Origin: Moniliella sp. 'wahieum'
Lineage: Eukaryota
Length of the DNA stretch: 64,000 nt
Reading direction: 5' to 3'
Assembly: GCA_003971905.1 (NCBI GenBank)
Contig: RSEE01000041.1
Location: forward strand, 372,001-436,000
A program made the position numbers and the translations under genes. Positions 1 to 11,700 of this stretch are shown here, piece after piece. Position 1 is the stretch's first letter; the number at the start of each line of letters is the position of its first letter. The notes beneath the pieces were generated by a model. That model saw only the letters and a list, made by a program, of their open reading frames with translations. It was not told where the DNA came from and did no database searches.

Positions 1-1147
1 TCCTCGTTCACGCGCAACACCCACGGGTAAGGAGGCTTGGTCTGCACCATATCGATGGACAGATGTTGGATGCGATTCTCGGGGTACATCGCCGAGGCCG
101 CTCAAAGAAAGCGAGCCGGGCGCAAGTCTGGGATTGGGACTCGGTACATCTTCGCTCCGACTTCGTCGATGGTGGGAAGCCGAGGGCAGAGGCGTCACCT
201 AAGTATTGTCAGTACATCTGGCATAAGGATACATGCACACATGCGAGCAGAGCAGCGCTCACCTGAGGGGCGCTCCCACGGCGGGCGTTGGTGGGTGGCT
301 GTTTGGCGGAGCGCCCGGTGGCGTGACGGATGGACTTGAAGCTGATTCCGGCTCGGAGGGAGCGAATGGGGTCTAGACGCTGCGAAAGCGTATGTGACGA
401 AGCTTCATCATCAGGCAGCCGAGCATTGGAAAAGGTCTGGCTGAGCGAGCTGCCCATCGGGACGCCCGTCACGGTCGACGAGCTGTCAGACTCCTCGGCA
501 ACAGAAGAGACGGACTGCCCAACATGGAGTATTGTCTCATTGGGTGCGTTTGGATGGCCGTCGTCCACCTCTTCGTAATCACTGGCGGCGCCGAACGCGA
601 CTGGGTGGTTGACAGGGACAGGAGGGGACGAGAGGACGAGGTCGTCGTCCAGGTAGAGAGACTCGGCCTCGGAGCGCGAGAGAGGCTGGACGAAGTTGCT
701 GGGGAACCATCCGCGCACGGGTGTCTCATCGTCGTCCCCGAGCAGCAGGCCGTCCCACCATCCGGTGTCGAGCTGGTTAAGGACTTGGATGATGGCGTCC
801 TGGCGGAAGGAGAACGCGTTGGGGTCGGCCGCAGTATAGTCGTAGAGGGTGCGCACAAAGAGCGGCTCGCCGGGCGAGGGTGGGTCGGGTCGGGGCGGAT
901 CGGCGCAGTGGAGGGCATGTGGCGCGGGTGGGGGGGGGGCGGAGGAGCGGGGGGGCGGTTTGAATACGGTGGTGAGTACGGTGGTGAGTACGGTGGTGGA
1001 TACGGTGGTGATTACCGTGTTGAATGCGATGTCGGATGGGAAAGTCGATGCAAGGGTGCTGTGTGCTGCTGCTGCTGCGTGCTGCCTACGCCTACTAGTA
1101 CTGCCTACTGCCAAGTGCGACTCACCGCGTCTGCATGTAGATCGCAT
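1..1147 (-). CDS. SH3-domain protein, probably the N-terminus of a Cdc25-type Ras GEF (3' part lies outside the window)
   Basis: ORF 209..1318(-) has a clear SH3 domain (LFVRTLYDYTAADPNAFSFRQDAIIQVLNQLDTGWWDG...RGWFPSNFV). An intron-like segment GTGAGC...CTGAC...TAG lies at ~201-262 and the reading frame continues to the window edge. The RasGEF call is inferred from the SH3 type; the start codon is uncertain. Confidence 0.7.
963..1017. repeat. 12-bp tandem repeat (TACGGTGGTGAG)~x4
   Basis: Visible directly; reads VLTT-like repeats on the minus strand. Confidence 0.8.
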
Positions 1148-2384
1148 TCCGCGGCCGAGGGACGCGCCGGTCGTGTGCGAGCGGGGTGCGGCTCGGGGCC
1201 AGTGTGGCTGCCCGCCCGCTCCAATTGCAATTGCAATTGCAATCGCAATTTCCATCCCCAGTCCCCACTCGCCCGGGGCGATCCCAATCCCATCCCACAC
1301 ACAGATTTCCCATCTCACCCGCCCTTCCGCACGGGCCTGCCCAAGCCGAGCGGGAGCTACTAGCTACGGGCCATGGACGCACCCCAGCCGCTGCTATCGA
1401 CCCGCTCGGTAGTATCCAATCCGTCCTCGATCCGCACGGAAAGGACTGTGGCTTTCAGATGCCCCTCCCAGATGCCCCCCTCGAACCCCCTCGAACCCCT
1501 TTCGAGGGGAACACATGTAGACGTTTTTCTCAGGCCTCAGCCAACGGTCCGGTCACCTGTCACCTGTCACATGTCACATGTCACTGTCACATGTCACCTG
1601 TCCCCGGGGGGAGCCCGTTGAGTTGAACGTTTGAACTACGGTGACCAAGTAGGGTAGAATGAGTGAACACCCCCGCCATCACTGATGGTCGATGGATGAG
1701 TCGATGAGGTCCTCGGCCTCGTCTGCATCGATCATCGATCACCATGTGTCATGCATCATGCGTCATGATCTTTTTCCTGTCCTTACCCTGCTCATCGACA
1801 CCGCTCAGCTGAACTCGATCAGGGTCCGACCGCACCGCCCAACACGCCGCCCCGCTCCCGGTGCACCTGTCATATCGTCCGCAACCAGCCCCCAGCTCCC
1901 CACCAAGTACTAACCCACGCGGCTCCCAGGATCTCGCAGCCCCCCCCAGCCAACTCTGCGGAACCGCGTCTACCAAAACGACCCTCGCCCCATCCTCTTA
2001 TTCGCACGCCCCTTGCCCGGTGCCATATATCCCACCTCTGGGGCCACCTAGTCGGACGCCAATGATTAATGAGCAGCTACAACTCAGACTACGCGCAAAA
2101 GCTCAGTGGCAAAAACAAGGAATATCAACTGGATCTTCCCGGTCCAAGCGGCCAGAGGGTATAGGCCACCAAGGGTAGGGGCGGACAGGAGAAGAAGGGA
2201 AGCGTAGGAAAGGGGAACCAAAGGCGAAAAGAGATGGAGCAAAAACATGAAAAACAAAAAAGCAAAGATTTTAGGGGGATCAGGCTGGACACTGGACCTC
2301 AGGCCTGAGCCTGAGAGGCCTCAAGGCCCGAGGGCTGCGACCGCCGTGATCGGTCATGTTGCGGTGACCGCCCTAAGGAGGGCC

Positions 2385-5300
2385 CTACTTCTTGAATGGG
2401 TTATGCAACCGAGAGCGACGCTTGCTGGTAAACACGCTGGCCGCGTCGGGGGAAACCGAGCCGGAAGGGCTAGTATGCTCAGCTGGGGAGTCCGAGGGAG
2501 GCGCCGAGCCCAACTGCGGACTGCCATCGGGCCCTGGGGCCTCAACGGGGGAAGACTCCACCTCGTTCCCCTCCTCGTCCTTGTCCCACGCGACGGACAA
2601 AGCCAAACGCCTTGGATGGCGCTGAGAACGCCGTCTTGCCCACATGGCCCACCGCCTTGATCCCTGCCTGCCCACTTGTCCGGGCACGGCAACCGCGCCA
2701 GGACTGTGGCCGCGCGACGCGAGGGGCACCCATGCCGCCCGCCAGGACAGAGCGAGCGTTACAGTGGGCTGGTTGTCGCCCGCACCTTCGCCCACGATGG
2801 GAATCGTCACTGTCGCCGGCTCCGTCGACACGGAAGAGAGGTCCAACTGTGCCTCACCAAGCGGATCCGCAGACCCGACTTGGTCCCAATCATTGAGTGT
2901 AATCACCACGGGTTGCGTCGCGCGCGACGCCACCACACCTCCTCCAGTGTCTCATTAAACTCTGGGTCCAGGGTCTTCTTGACCACCTTGGATTTGGCCA
3001 TGCGCTCGCCGTCGACGAGGATGCGAGCGTACGGGTCAGACGACTTGCCCCGGTCCGCAGCACGTAGGTGCGCAGCCGAGACGAGGTGGACAGTGAGGTA
3101 GCCATGGTTGTCAAAGCGCTCCGCCGGGTCGAGGGTGAGTGGCAAGGGAATGTACTTGCAAATGAGCGTCACGCTGTTCCCCCCTTCGCTCGCGCCACGT
3201 TTCCCCGTCACGGGGATGGTGACCGGCTTATTAAACGTCTTGCTCAGCAGCTCCTGCGTCGAGCCCTCGTACTCGGCGTACACATCATCCGGATCTTCAC
3301 TGATGCCCTTGCGGAAGCGAATAAAGAACCGCGACGGACCCAGCTCCCGAATCACCCGCTCATGCACATCATCTAGCGTCAGCGTACCAGCCGACTTGGA
3401 CGGCTCAGTCTGGTACGAAGGCCAAGACGATTCGTCAAACCAAAACTCAATTGAAGTTTTCTCCTTGTTGACCGTCGCAGAGAGCACATTGAAGGCAAGC
3501 ATACCGCTCTTGGACTCCAGCAACTGAGGGAGAGTACGCGTCACGGGCTCGGGTTCAGGCTCCTTCACTTCCTCGGGCTCGCCCTCGCCTTCCTTACCAT
3601 TGCCTTTCCATCATTCCTTGGTCTCCTTGGTATCTTGGCTTGGGCAGCCGCATTCTCAGCCTTCGTAGCAACGGCCTCCTTGACCTCATCCTTAGGTGGG
3701 AGAGCCGGCTTCTCTTCCACTTCTCTCCACCATGGGCGGCAAGGAAGTTGACGCCTTGCAGGTTCAGAGCAGGGATAAACTCCACATCGTACTCAACAGT
3801 GCCTTTGTACTGATGTTTGCCAACAGCAATCATTTCCTTGCGCTGTTGGCGACCAAGGGACTTGTACGGATACTCATTCTCACTCTTGTTGTTTCGCCAG
3901 CGGTGACGGGAATCGTAACCATGCCCAAAGGACGGTGCTTGCCGTTGTTCTGGAAGTCTTGCAACTCCAGGACGACCGTGTCGGAAAGACTGTGTACCGG
4001 AGAGTAAAGAATCGTTCCAAACGGGGTCAAGGTTACTTTCCTGGACGTTGGTACGATCCAAATGGCCCCACGGAAGCGAAGCTGGGCATATGGGTCGCTC
4101 TTGCCCCCAGAAATTGCCTCGACATTTTTGACATCCAGTGCACGCTTGGCCCAAACCTTCAGGGTACCGATGGGAGGTGTGTAGCCCTCACCGCCATTGG
4201 CCCGCCAGTCATCGCCACGGGTTTCCAGAGCGTAGCCAAACGCACTTTGGCGCCCTTGCCCAAATCAAACCATTCCTGGTCGCTGGCCTTAGCCTGAATC
4301 AAGTCTTGCAGTCGCTTGGTCACTTGTCCCACGACAACGCCCGAGCCCATGTCTGAAGTGACGACCTGGATCGATACCTTGCTCATATCACGGTTGGTCG
4401 AAAGGAACTCCTTGGTGTATGCCCAGTGGGGGGTTGCCGTACGTTTCTTGGAAGACGATTCGCCGACTGTCTTGCCATTAAGCAAAATCCGAACCCACGT
4501 TGAAGGTTCGCCCAGTCCACGCTTCGACAGCCCTTGGCCTCATGCACCGACAGACGCACAATTCCACTACGCGACTCGGGAATTGGTTCATCCTGGCCAT
4601 CGGGGCCCTTGGTAGCAGTGAGAACAGGGAAGTATTGAGAGAATAGTTGAGCGTGCCACGATACCGCCCGCCCAACTGAACGGGAGAAGAAAGGCCCTCG
4701 CGCTCGGGCTCCGTGTCAAGGCCATCAAGGGGGTAGGACACAATACCCAGCTTGGTATCCGGGCGGTGGTCATTGAAATCCATGAGATGAAGGTAAGGAA
4801 ACCATTGAGGTTACGGACCAGAGCATACTGCGTCTCCTTCCACGTCGGGGAGTTTGTCGAGGGGATCGTCTTGGTGCGTCCCTGCAATTCGCCATCGTCG
4901 ATGCCCAACGCCACGTACGGATCGGGTTTTCCGCCACCAAACTTGGCGCCCTTAATGTCCGTCGCGTTAGCAATGGTGACCTGTACCACACCCGTAGCCG
5001 AGTCCAAAGGTTGCCCCGCCAAAAGTTCTTCGACATTGAGAGAGAAGACATTGGGAGCATACACCATCGGACCAAGAATGTTGTTGACTTGATCCTTGAT
5101 GAAGTTGGTGAGGCCAGGGAGGTTGTTGACGTCCCAACCAAACGTGTGGCCCCCAACCGGCTTCAAACATAATCGTAGTAAGGCGGCTCCAGCATGGTCA
5201 CATCGACAATTTGCACGTGCGGGAAGTTTGTGACGAGCTTCAGACGCAAGCGCAGGTAGCCGCTGAAAGTGAAGTCTTCAACATCAATAGGGAGGGTGAC

Positions 5301-6434
5301 GAGAGCGCGTCCTTTACCAAGCTTGACAGAGATACGAATGCGGGGATTGACAATGTTGGCAGACTGCCGCTCAGTCAGGTCAATGTTGTCGTGAGGCGTA
5401 AAGCTAAACTTCCAGTCCATCAAAACCACATCGTCCGGAGTATCCGGGAATGTGCGCACATGGTTGACACGCGGCGGTTTTGAGCCAAGGGTAAACGTGG
5501 ACCTGGAGAATCCAAGTCAGTGTCTCCATCCGCATGTGGCTTCTCAATGGGGATATATACTTACAAACGAACAGAATCGATAAAGCCGTAGAGGTAGATA
5601 CTGTGGGATCTGCTGTTCGGCCTGAGAAACCACGACCGCAGATGATGGGTTCAAAATGGGCCAGAACCGGGCGAGGAAGAAATTGGCCCATTCCATGGTT
5701 TCGAACTGGTCCTCCATCTTTTTGGACTGAAGTTCGCGCGTAATTTGGTCACGGGCACGTTGGCGAGCGCGGCGCATACCTGCATTCCAGTAGACAGCCA
5801 AAGCCGCACCCACAGTCATCGCGCCGCAGAGACCGAGACCCAGCGTGTGGCCAGCCAGGAAAGAAAAAGAGTAGCCAAAGCGGCAGCCGCTTGGTACCAC
5901 CAAAAGCCGATGAACTTGTCTGGAACACCCGCGGTAACCAGTGTGGACTCCCACGACATTTGCTTGATCTCATCGTTTTCGACCTCGGCAAACGTACGCG
6001 TGTCAGGACCCTCGGGGAGCACCAATGTACTGGGCAAACTCATGGAGAGACTTGCGCTTGTCGGACTTGGCCGGGGGCGGTGCATCCTTACTATCGGTGC
6101 TAGGAGCTCCTTTCGTGCTGGGCTTTGGGGTAGCAGCGGCCGTGTTCTCAAAGCCAAGAGGGGGTCAAGGTAGCGCGTGTTGAATGCACGCGCGCCTGTC
6201 CATCCAATGATCGCATCGGGGCGCACACCGCCGACAGTGGTGGTGGTCTGGGTCGCGTCGCCGGTGCCGTCCTGGCCTTCCTGCTTGCTGATGCGCTGGA
6301 TGTCGGCGAGAGAAATGGTAGGGCGGGCGGGACGGGCGGCGGGGGCAATGTCTGAGGGCAGGCCGGCCGTCAGCCGGCTTGGGTTGCTTCTTGAGGGCAC
6401 CGCCTTGGGCGGCGGCAGCGCGCGACGGCGGCAT
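2385..6434 (-). CDS. Tricalbin (TM hairpin + SMP domain + multiple C2 domains), frameshift-fragmented
   Basis: Consecutive minus-strand ORF pieces: TM region and ETMEWANFFLARFW; SMP (DDVVLMDWKFSFTP, LRLRLKLVTNFPHVQ); C2 motifs (GKPDPYVALG, GYLTVHLVSAAHLRAADRGKSSDPYA, KKTLDPEFNE, DWDQVGSADPLG). Intron at ~5503-5564. Confidence 0.88.
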
Positions 6435-7351
6435 CGGCCTGTGCCTCGGGCGATGCGTTCTGGTCCGGGGCGTCGTGGGGATCGGCCATGCTGGCAGAGG
6501 GAACACACGCGGTGGTGGGGGGAGGGGTAAGGGCCAGACGGACGCGAGTGACCAGGAGTGTCGGCAGCGTGCGTCGCTGCTAGGCCAGCCCGGGAGCGGT
6601 GGGAGCGTCATCATGCTCATGCACAGGCGTCGTACACCAGCCGGGGGCTGTGCTCAGGCTGAGCAGCACGGGGCAGCGCTGTGCGTTCGGCTGTCTGCTG
6701 CGCTGCTGCGCCCTGGGCTCGAACTTCGCACCGCCCACACACAGCCCCGTGGCCCCGCCCGTGCACGGTGCACAGCACGCAGCCCCCGCACGGGTGCGGT
6801 GTCCCCAGCACAAGCCAAGCCGCTGCACCGCCCCCGTCGCTCGCTGCTACATCACATGTGTCATCGGTGTCACATGTCTCCCGTGCTCGCTCTGGGCCAG
6901 AGCCCTGGGCCACGCCTGCATCGGCCATGCCGGCGCCCGCCCCTGGCAGCTGCTCGCAGCCCCTTGCAGCACCCTGCGCGTCTGTAGACGCAACCGGCAG
7001 CCGATCATCGGTCCGCCACGCCTCGCCCGCCCGCGGCGCCAGCACACGGCCAGTCGCCGGCGCCGCAGCCATGCGTGTCATGCATGTCACGTGCACCGGG
7101 GATGAAGCAGGCAGCGCCTGGGGCTTGGCCTTTCGCCTGGGCCAAGTGGCGCCAGTGGCATGACGTCGGAGCAGGCCGGAGCAGGCCGGCCGACGCACGT
7201 GGCACCACTCGTCCGGCAAGCGCAACGTGGATGTGCTGACGTCAGCCGCTCCACCCGCCCGCGCTTCGTCCCGCCCGCCTCGGCCTGCCTCCTTCCCGCC
7301 GCGGCCACTGGAGGCGAGAAGCGAGCGTGCTGCGCCCCCTGCTCGCACGCG

Positions 7352-8049
7352 ATGGACGAGTTTGAGTCGGTTCTGTTCGTGGCACGCGAGTGCTTTGTGT
7401 ACCGCATCCCGCCCCGCGCCGCGTCCGCTGGCTACCGCGCCGCCGAGTGGGGCGACCTCGAGGCGTTTATCTGGAAGGGCCGTCTCCGCATCATTGCCAA
7501 GTCCGACACGTGCGAGATCCGCATGGAGGACGCCAGCTCTGGCGAGCTCTTTGCCAGCTCGCCCTACGACGTGTCCGGCTCCAGCGTCGAGGCGGTGCTC
7601 GACTCCTCCCGCTACTTTGTCCTGCGCGTCGAGAGCGTCGACCCTGCCACGAGCAAAACACGCAGGGCCTACATTGGCATGGGCTTCCAAGACCGCAGCG
7701 ACGCGTTCGACTTTAACGTAGCGCTGCAGGATTGGACCAAGCGCGTCAAGCGCCAGAAGGCCGCGGCTGAGGCCGAACAGTGGGCACGCGAGCACCCCGA
7801 CGAGGCGGCCAAACAGATCGAAGAGGAGGGCCCCTCGCCCCATATCCCGTCGGGACCCAAGCAAGACCTCTCTCTCAAGGAGGGCCAAACCTTCTCCATC
7901 AAACTGCCCGCACGCAAACGCGACGCCGACGAGGGCGGTAACTTGCTCTCCTTGACGCCCCCCCGCCTGCTCGTCCCCAGACGGGCTCGGCTGGGTTTGG
8001 CGGGTTTGGCGGAGGATTGCTGCCTCCGCCACCAAGTCGCAAGCGGTAA
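7352..8049 (+). CDS. NECAP / adaptin ear-binding coat-associated protein (PHear domain)
   Basis: MDEFESVLFVARECFVYRIPPR...GYRAAEW...WKGRLRI...VEAVLDSSRYFVLRV...AYIGMGFQDRSDAFDFNVALQDW...DLSLKEGQTFSI. C-terminus LLPPPPSRKR* is reached after a frameshift. Confidence 0.9.
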
Positions 8050-8427
8050 CCCGACTGCTCATACCCCCCCTTTGAGCCCAGTGATACGAAAGAGATCAAA
8101 AGGATGAGAACAGTTCCTTTGCAAAAGAGAGACTGGTGATGCAGCTGCAGAGGTGCTTTCACTGGGCATCAAGCTTCCAAGGCGGGAGAAGGGACATGAG
8201 TTAGGGGATGCCCCCTTTCCCGCTCTATCGTGTCAGTCTGTTTGACGCAATTTGGTGTAGCGTCAGAAGAAGGGCGCCGCACTACGTACACAGCTTTTTG
8301 GACTAGACAAAGTACGCGCACCCGGCAGGATGCTCCCCTTGAACCCCGCCAGGCTGCAGCAAGAATATAAAGGGATGCAGTGTGTTATGCAAGGTGCAGG
8401 AGGATATGAAAAAGTGGGGGTAGAGCT

Positions 8428-8644
8428 TGTTGGGACCCGTGGTCCCGTACTTAGGCCAAGGCGCCTCATCACCCTTCACCCCTGATTTGTCCTCCGAAGC
8501 CTCCACGTGTATACTCAGGCTTGTCTGAACCCCTGTCTCTAGGTGTGGCACAAGGCTTAGACCTTAACCACCACCATCGCGATTGCATTGCTCTACATTT
8601 CCAGAGGTTCTTCACCCAATCCCTTGGGTTCCTCCGGTCTTACA
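8428..8644 (+). repeat. 5' LTR
   Basis: TGTTGGGACC...GGTCTTACA; identical by eye to 13768-13984. Confidence 0.96.
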
Positions 8645-8750
8645 GAGTTACAATCCTCTTGACGCTCAGCCCTGAGCCTTCCACTCTTACACTCTTCGGT
8701 CCTCCGCTGCCGGCCCTATCCACAAGCGCTTGCTCGAACTGCGTAAGCTA

Positions 8751-11700
8751 ATGGCAAGCATCATGAGCTCTCAGACTCAGGAGTCTTGGTTCAACTCCTC
8801 AACCCCTACTTCACCAACTGCCGGAGCAGAAGAGAGCACCACTCCCGTCGGAGTTGACCACGCCTCCCCGCCGCTGACACCATCGCGTGAATCTACCCCT
8901 ACACCTCAACCCACCCCCGTGGGCCCCGACAACACCGCGAACGACGTCGCCACCCTCGCCGACCGCATTCGCAACATGTTCAAATTGTTTCCCGAACACA
9001 TCACCCTCAAACAGCTACAGGACACTGGTATCAAGCTTGGGTACAGCGAAAAGACGACCACAGAAGCCATTGTCATGTTATCATGTGAGAATCCACCCAA
9101 TGCTAGCAAGAACGAAGGTGCCTTATCGTCAACTCCGGCCGTCGACGACAACCCGTGGGCTTTGACTCCCGACAAGCTCCTCCGTAGTGCCACTCGCAGC
9201 AACGTGCCGTACCACGAGCGTTTCCACAACAACAGCTCGTTTTGGTTATGGACCCGGATCTTCCTCCCTCGTATCCAGATTATCCCTGGAGCGCGTGAGC
9301 ATCTGGAACAGGGCAAGGCCCTGGACGGGTATAACGCAGAACTGGACGCTCACTTGGCCAACATTCTACTCCCGTGGATAGACTCCGACGTCGTCCAGCA
9401 GATCACCGGCGATGGCACGCCGGCTCTAGGGTCTGCATACTATCATGCTCTGCGTGATTTGTACGGCACCGTTTCAGACACTGAGATCTGTGATATCCTC
9501 ATAAAGGTTCTCACTCTCAAAATGGGCACCAAGTCGGGCCGCCAATACCTGAATGAGTTCACTGTGGCGGTAACCCAGTACGAGATGACGTCCAAGTCCA
9601 AGCTGGACGAGATTGGTCTAGCACAGATGCTACGGAAAGGCGTTACTGATCAGGGGTGGTTGCACCTCCATCGTAACAGCAGCTACGCCGAATTGCGCCG
9701 AGCAGTGAGCGAACTCAAAGGCTCCAACTACGGCAGTACCTCCAGTTCAAGCCCAGCTCCCTCCAGTACGGCCCCTTCGGAAGCCACGTCGCACAGCCAA
9801 ACAAGCAGTACGGTGACAGGCCGCGGACGAGGCCGAGGTGGCAGCGGGTACAGAGGAAGTCACCGTGGTGGCCAACGTGGCGGCCACTTTAGCCGGCCGG
9901 CTACGACAGCCCAGACCACCTCATCTGCCCATGCAGTAACCCCTATGGCAGCCACTACACCACCCAAGCCAGCCAACCTCCCTGCGCAACACGATTCAGG
10001 TGCGAGACCATCCGTATTCAATGAACGAAGTGCGTTTATCAATCTTCGTCCACACCGCGAGCCCATAGCAGTGGCAAACGGACAGATCGCATACACTGAA
10101 GGCATTGGCACCATCTCTATGTACATTCAAACCCAGAACGGAGCCCCTATCCGCATCCACCTACCCGGCAGCTTGTACTGCCCCACCTTCCCGACCAACC
10201 TGCTCAGCGCTTACCATCTATCTATCGCAGGCATTGGCAGCTGGATCCCTCCAGGTGGCCATGGTCTCTATCTCGGACGACACGGCGAACCTTTTCGTCT
10301 CGCCGCCGACTCAAGCTATTCCCTTACTCTGGCGCCCAATACGACAGCCACAGCCAACAGCGCCACTTCGCTACTCAACCTTGATGCAACCCTGGTCAAG
10401 GTGAAAAACGCCCACATCCGATGGAATCATGCACCTCTAGATCAACTTTCATCCCTCACGTCGGATGACCCAGCATTCGAACGGGTCAACAGTGGCGACA
10501 TCGCTTTAGTCCGGTCCTCGTGGCACTGTGCACCATGCGCATTAAGCAGAGCCACTGCCCCACCCCACGCCACGACTGGACGCCCAATCCGAACCATTCG
10601 CCCTTTCTCTCTCCTCCACCTCGACGTCCTTGACATATCCCGCCAAGGCGGCGGGGTCATACTTACGCCCTTATCATTGTCGACGACTTTACGCGGTATA
10701 CCTGGACGCTACCCCTGGTGTCCAAGGGTGATGCCACAGCCGAACTTCAAGCCTTCATCCGGCGCGAGCATCGCCAACATCCCGACCGCCCCCTTCAGAC
10801 GGTCCGCTCTGACAATGCGCCTGAACTCACCACCGCAATGGACGAGTTTTACTGCGAGCTGGGAGTAGTGAGCGAGCGCACCAATCCTGGCGAAAGTGCG
10901 TCCAATGGGGTCGCCGAACGCGCCATAAGATCGATTACGGATCGCGCTCGACTCATGGTAATCGCCAACAGATTGACTCCCGACGAGTGGTGGGAACACA
11001 GCTTGTTGGCGGCCACATATGCACACAACCAGTCGCCGCCGAAAGCACTGGGTGGGGACAGCCGATTTGTCCGGTACCATGGCTTCAAACCCTCCCTTCG
11101 CATGCGCGGTTTTGGCACTCTTGCCTACCTGCACCTATTGCCCAACCAACGCGAGGGCGGCAAACTTGGTCCGCGGGCCGTCCCAGCAATGTTGGTGGGT
11201 TACGGGCACGGCCGCGGTTCGAAGGGGTGGCTCTTTGCCATCCACCAGGACGACGGCCAAGTTGGATTCCGTTGGAAAAAGCCGTCCACCTGGACGCATG
11301 TCCCGTACACCACCGAATATCCCACGCACTTTCATCTGGACCCCCTTGTCCCTGCTGGTGGCGGAGAGGTGGGGGGGCGGAGAAATGGGTGCTGGTGGGA
11401 AGTCAGACAGCTCCCCACCCCGGCGTGTGCGTTTTGCGATAGATGAACTGACCCGCGATACTAATGGTAAGAAAGACAATGCCCCCCATGGAAAAAGAAA
11501 ATTAAAAGAACGAAAAACAGAGGCACATCGCCCGGCTCAAGCCAACGAAAATGAGAATTCAGAGCCTGGCCCCACTCCCACCAACTCCAACCCCCCACAT
11601 GTATCCCCCCAACCTGTTGCATCTGACCCCGCAGGCATGGCACAACGCCAGGCAAAGCAAGCCGAAGAAAATGAAACTATCACAGAAGATGCCGTTGACA

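Noticed and set aside
6379..8062. Long overlapping ORFs (e.g. 481 aa at 6617..8062 minus)
   Set aside because: Antisense shadows of NECAP and of a GC-rich promoter; no domain signal.
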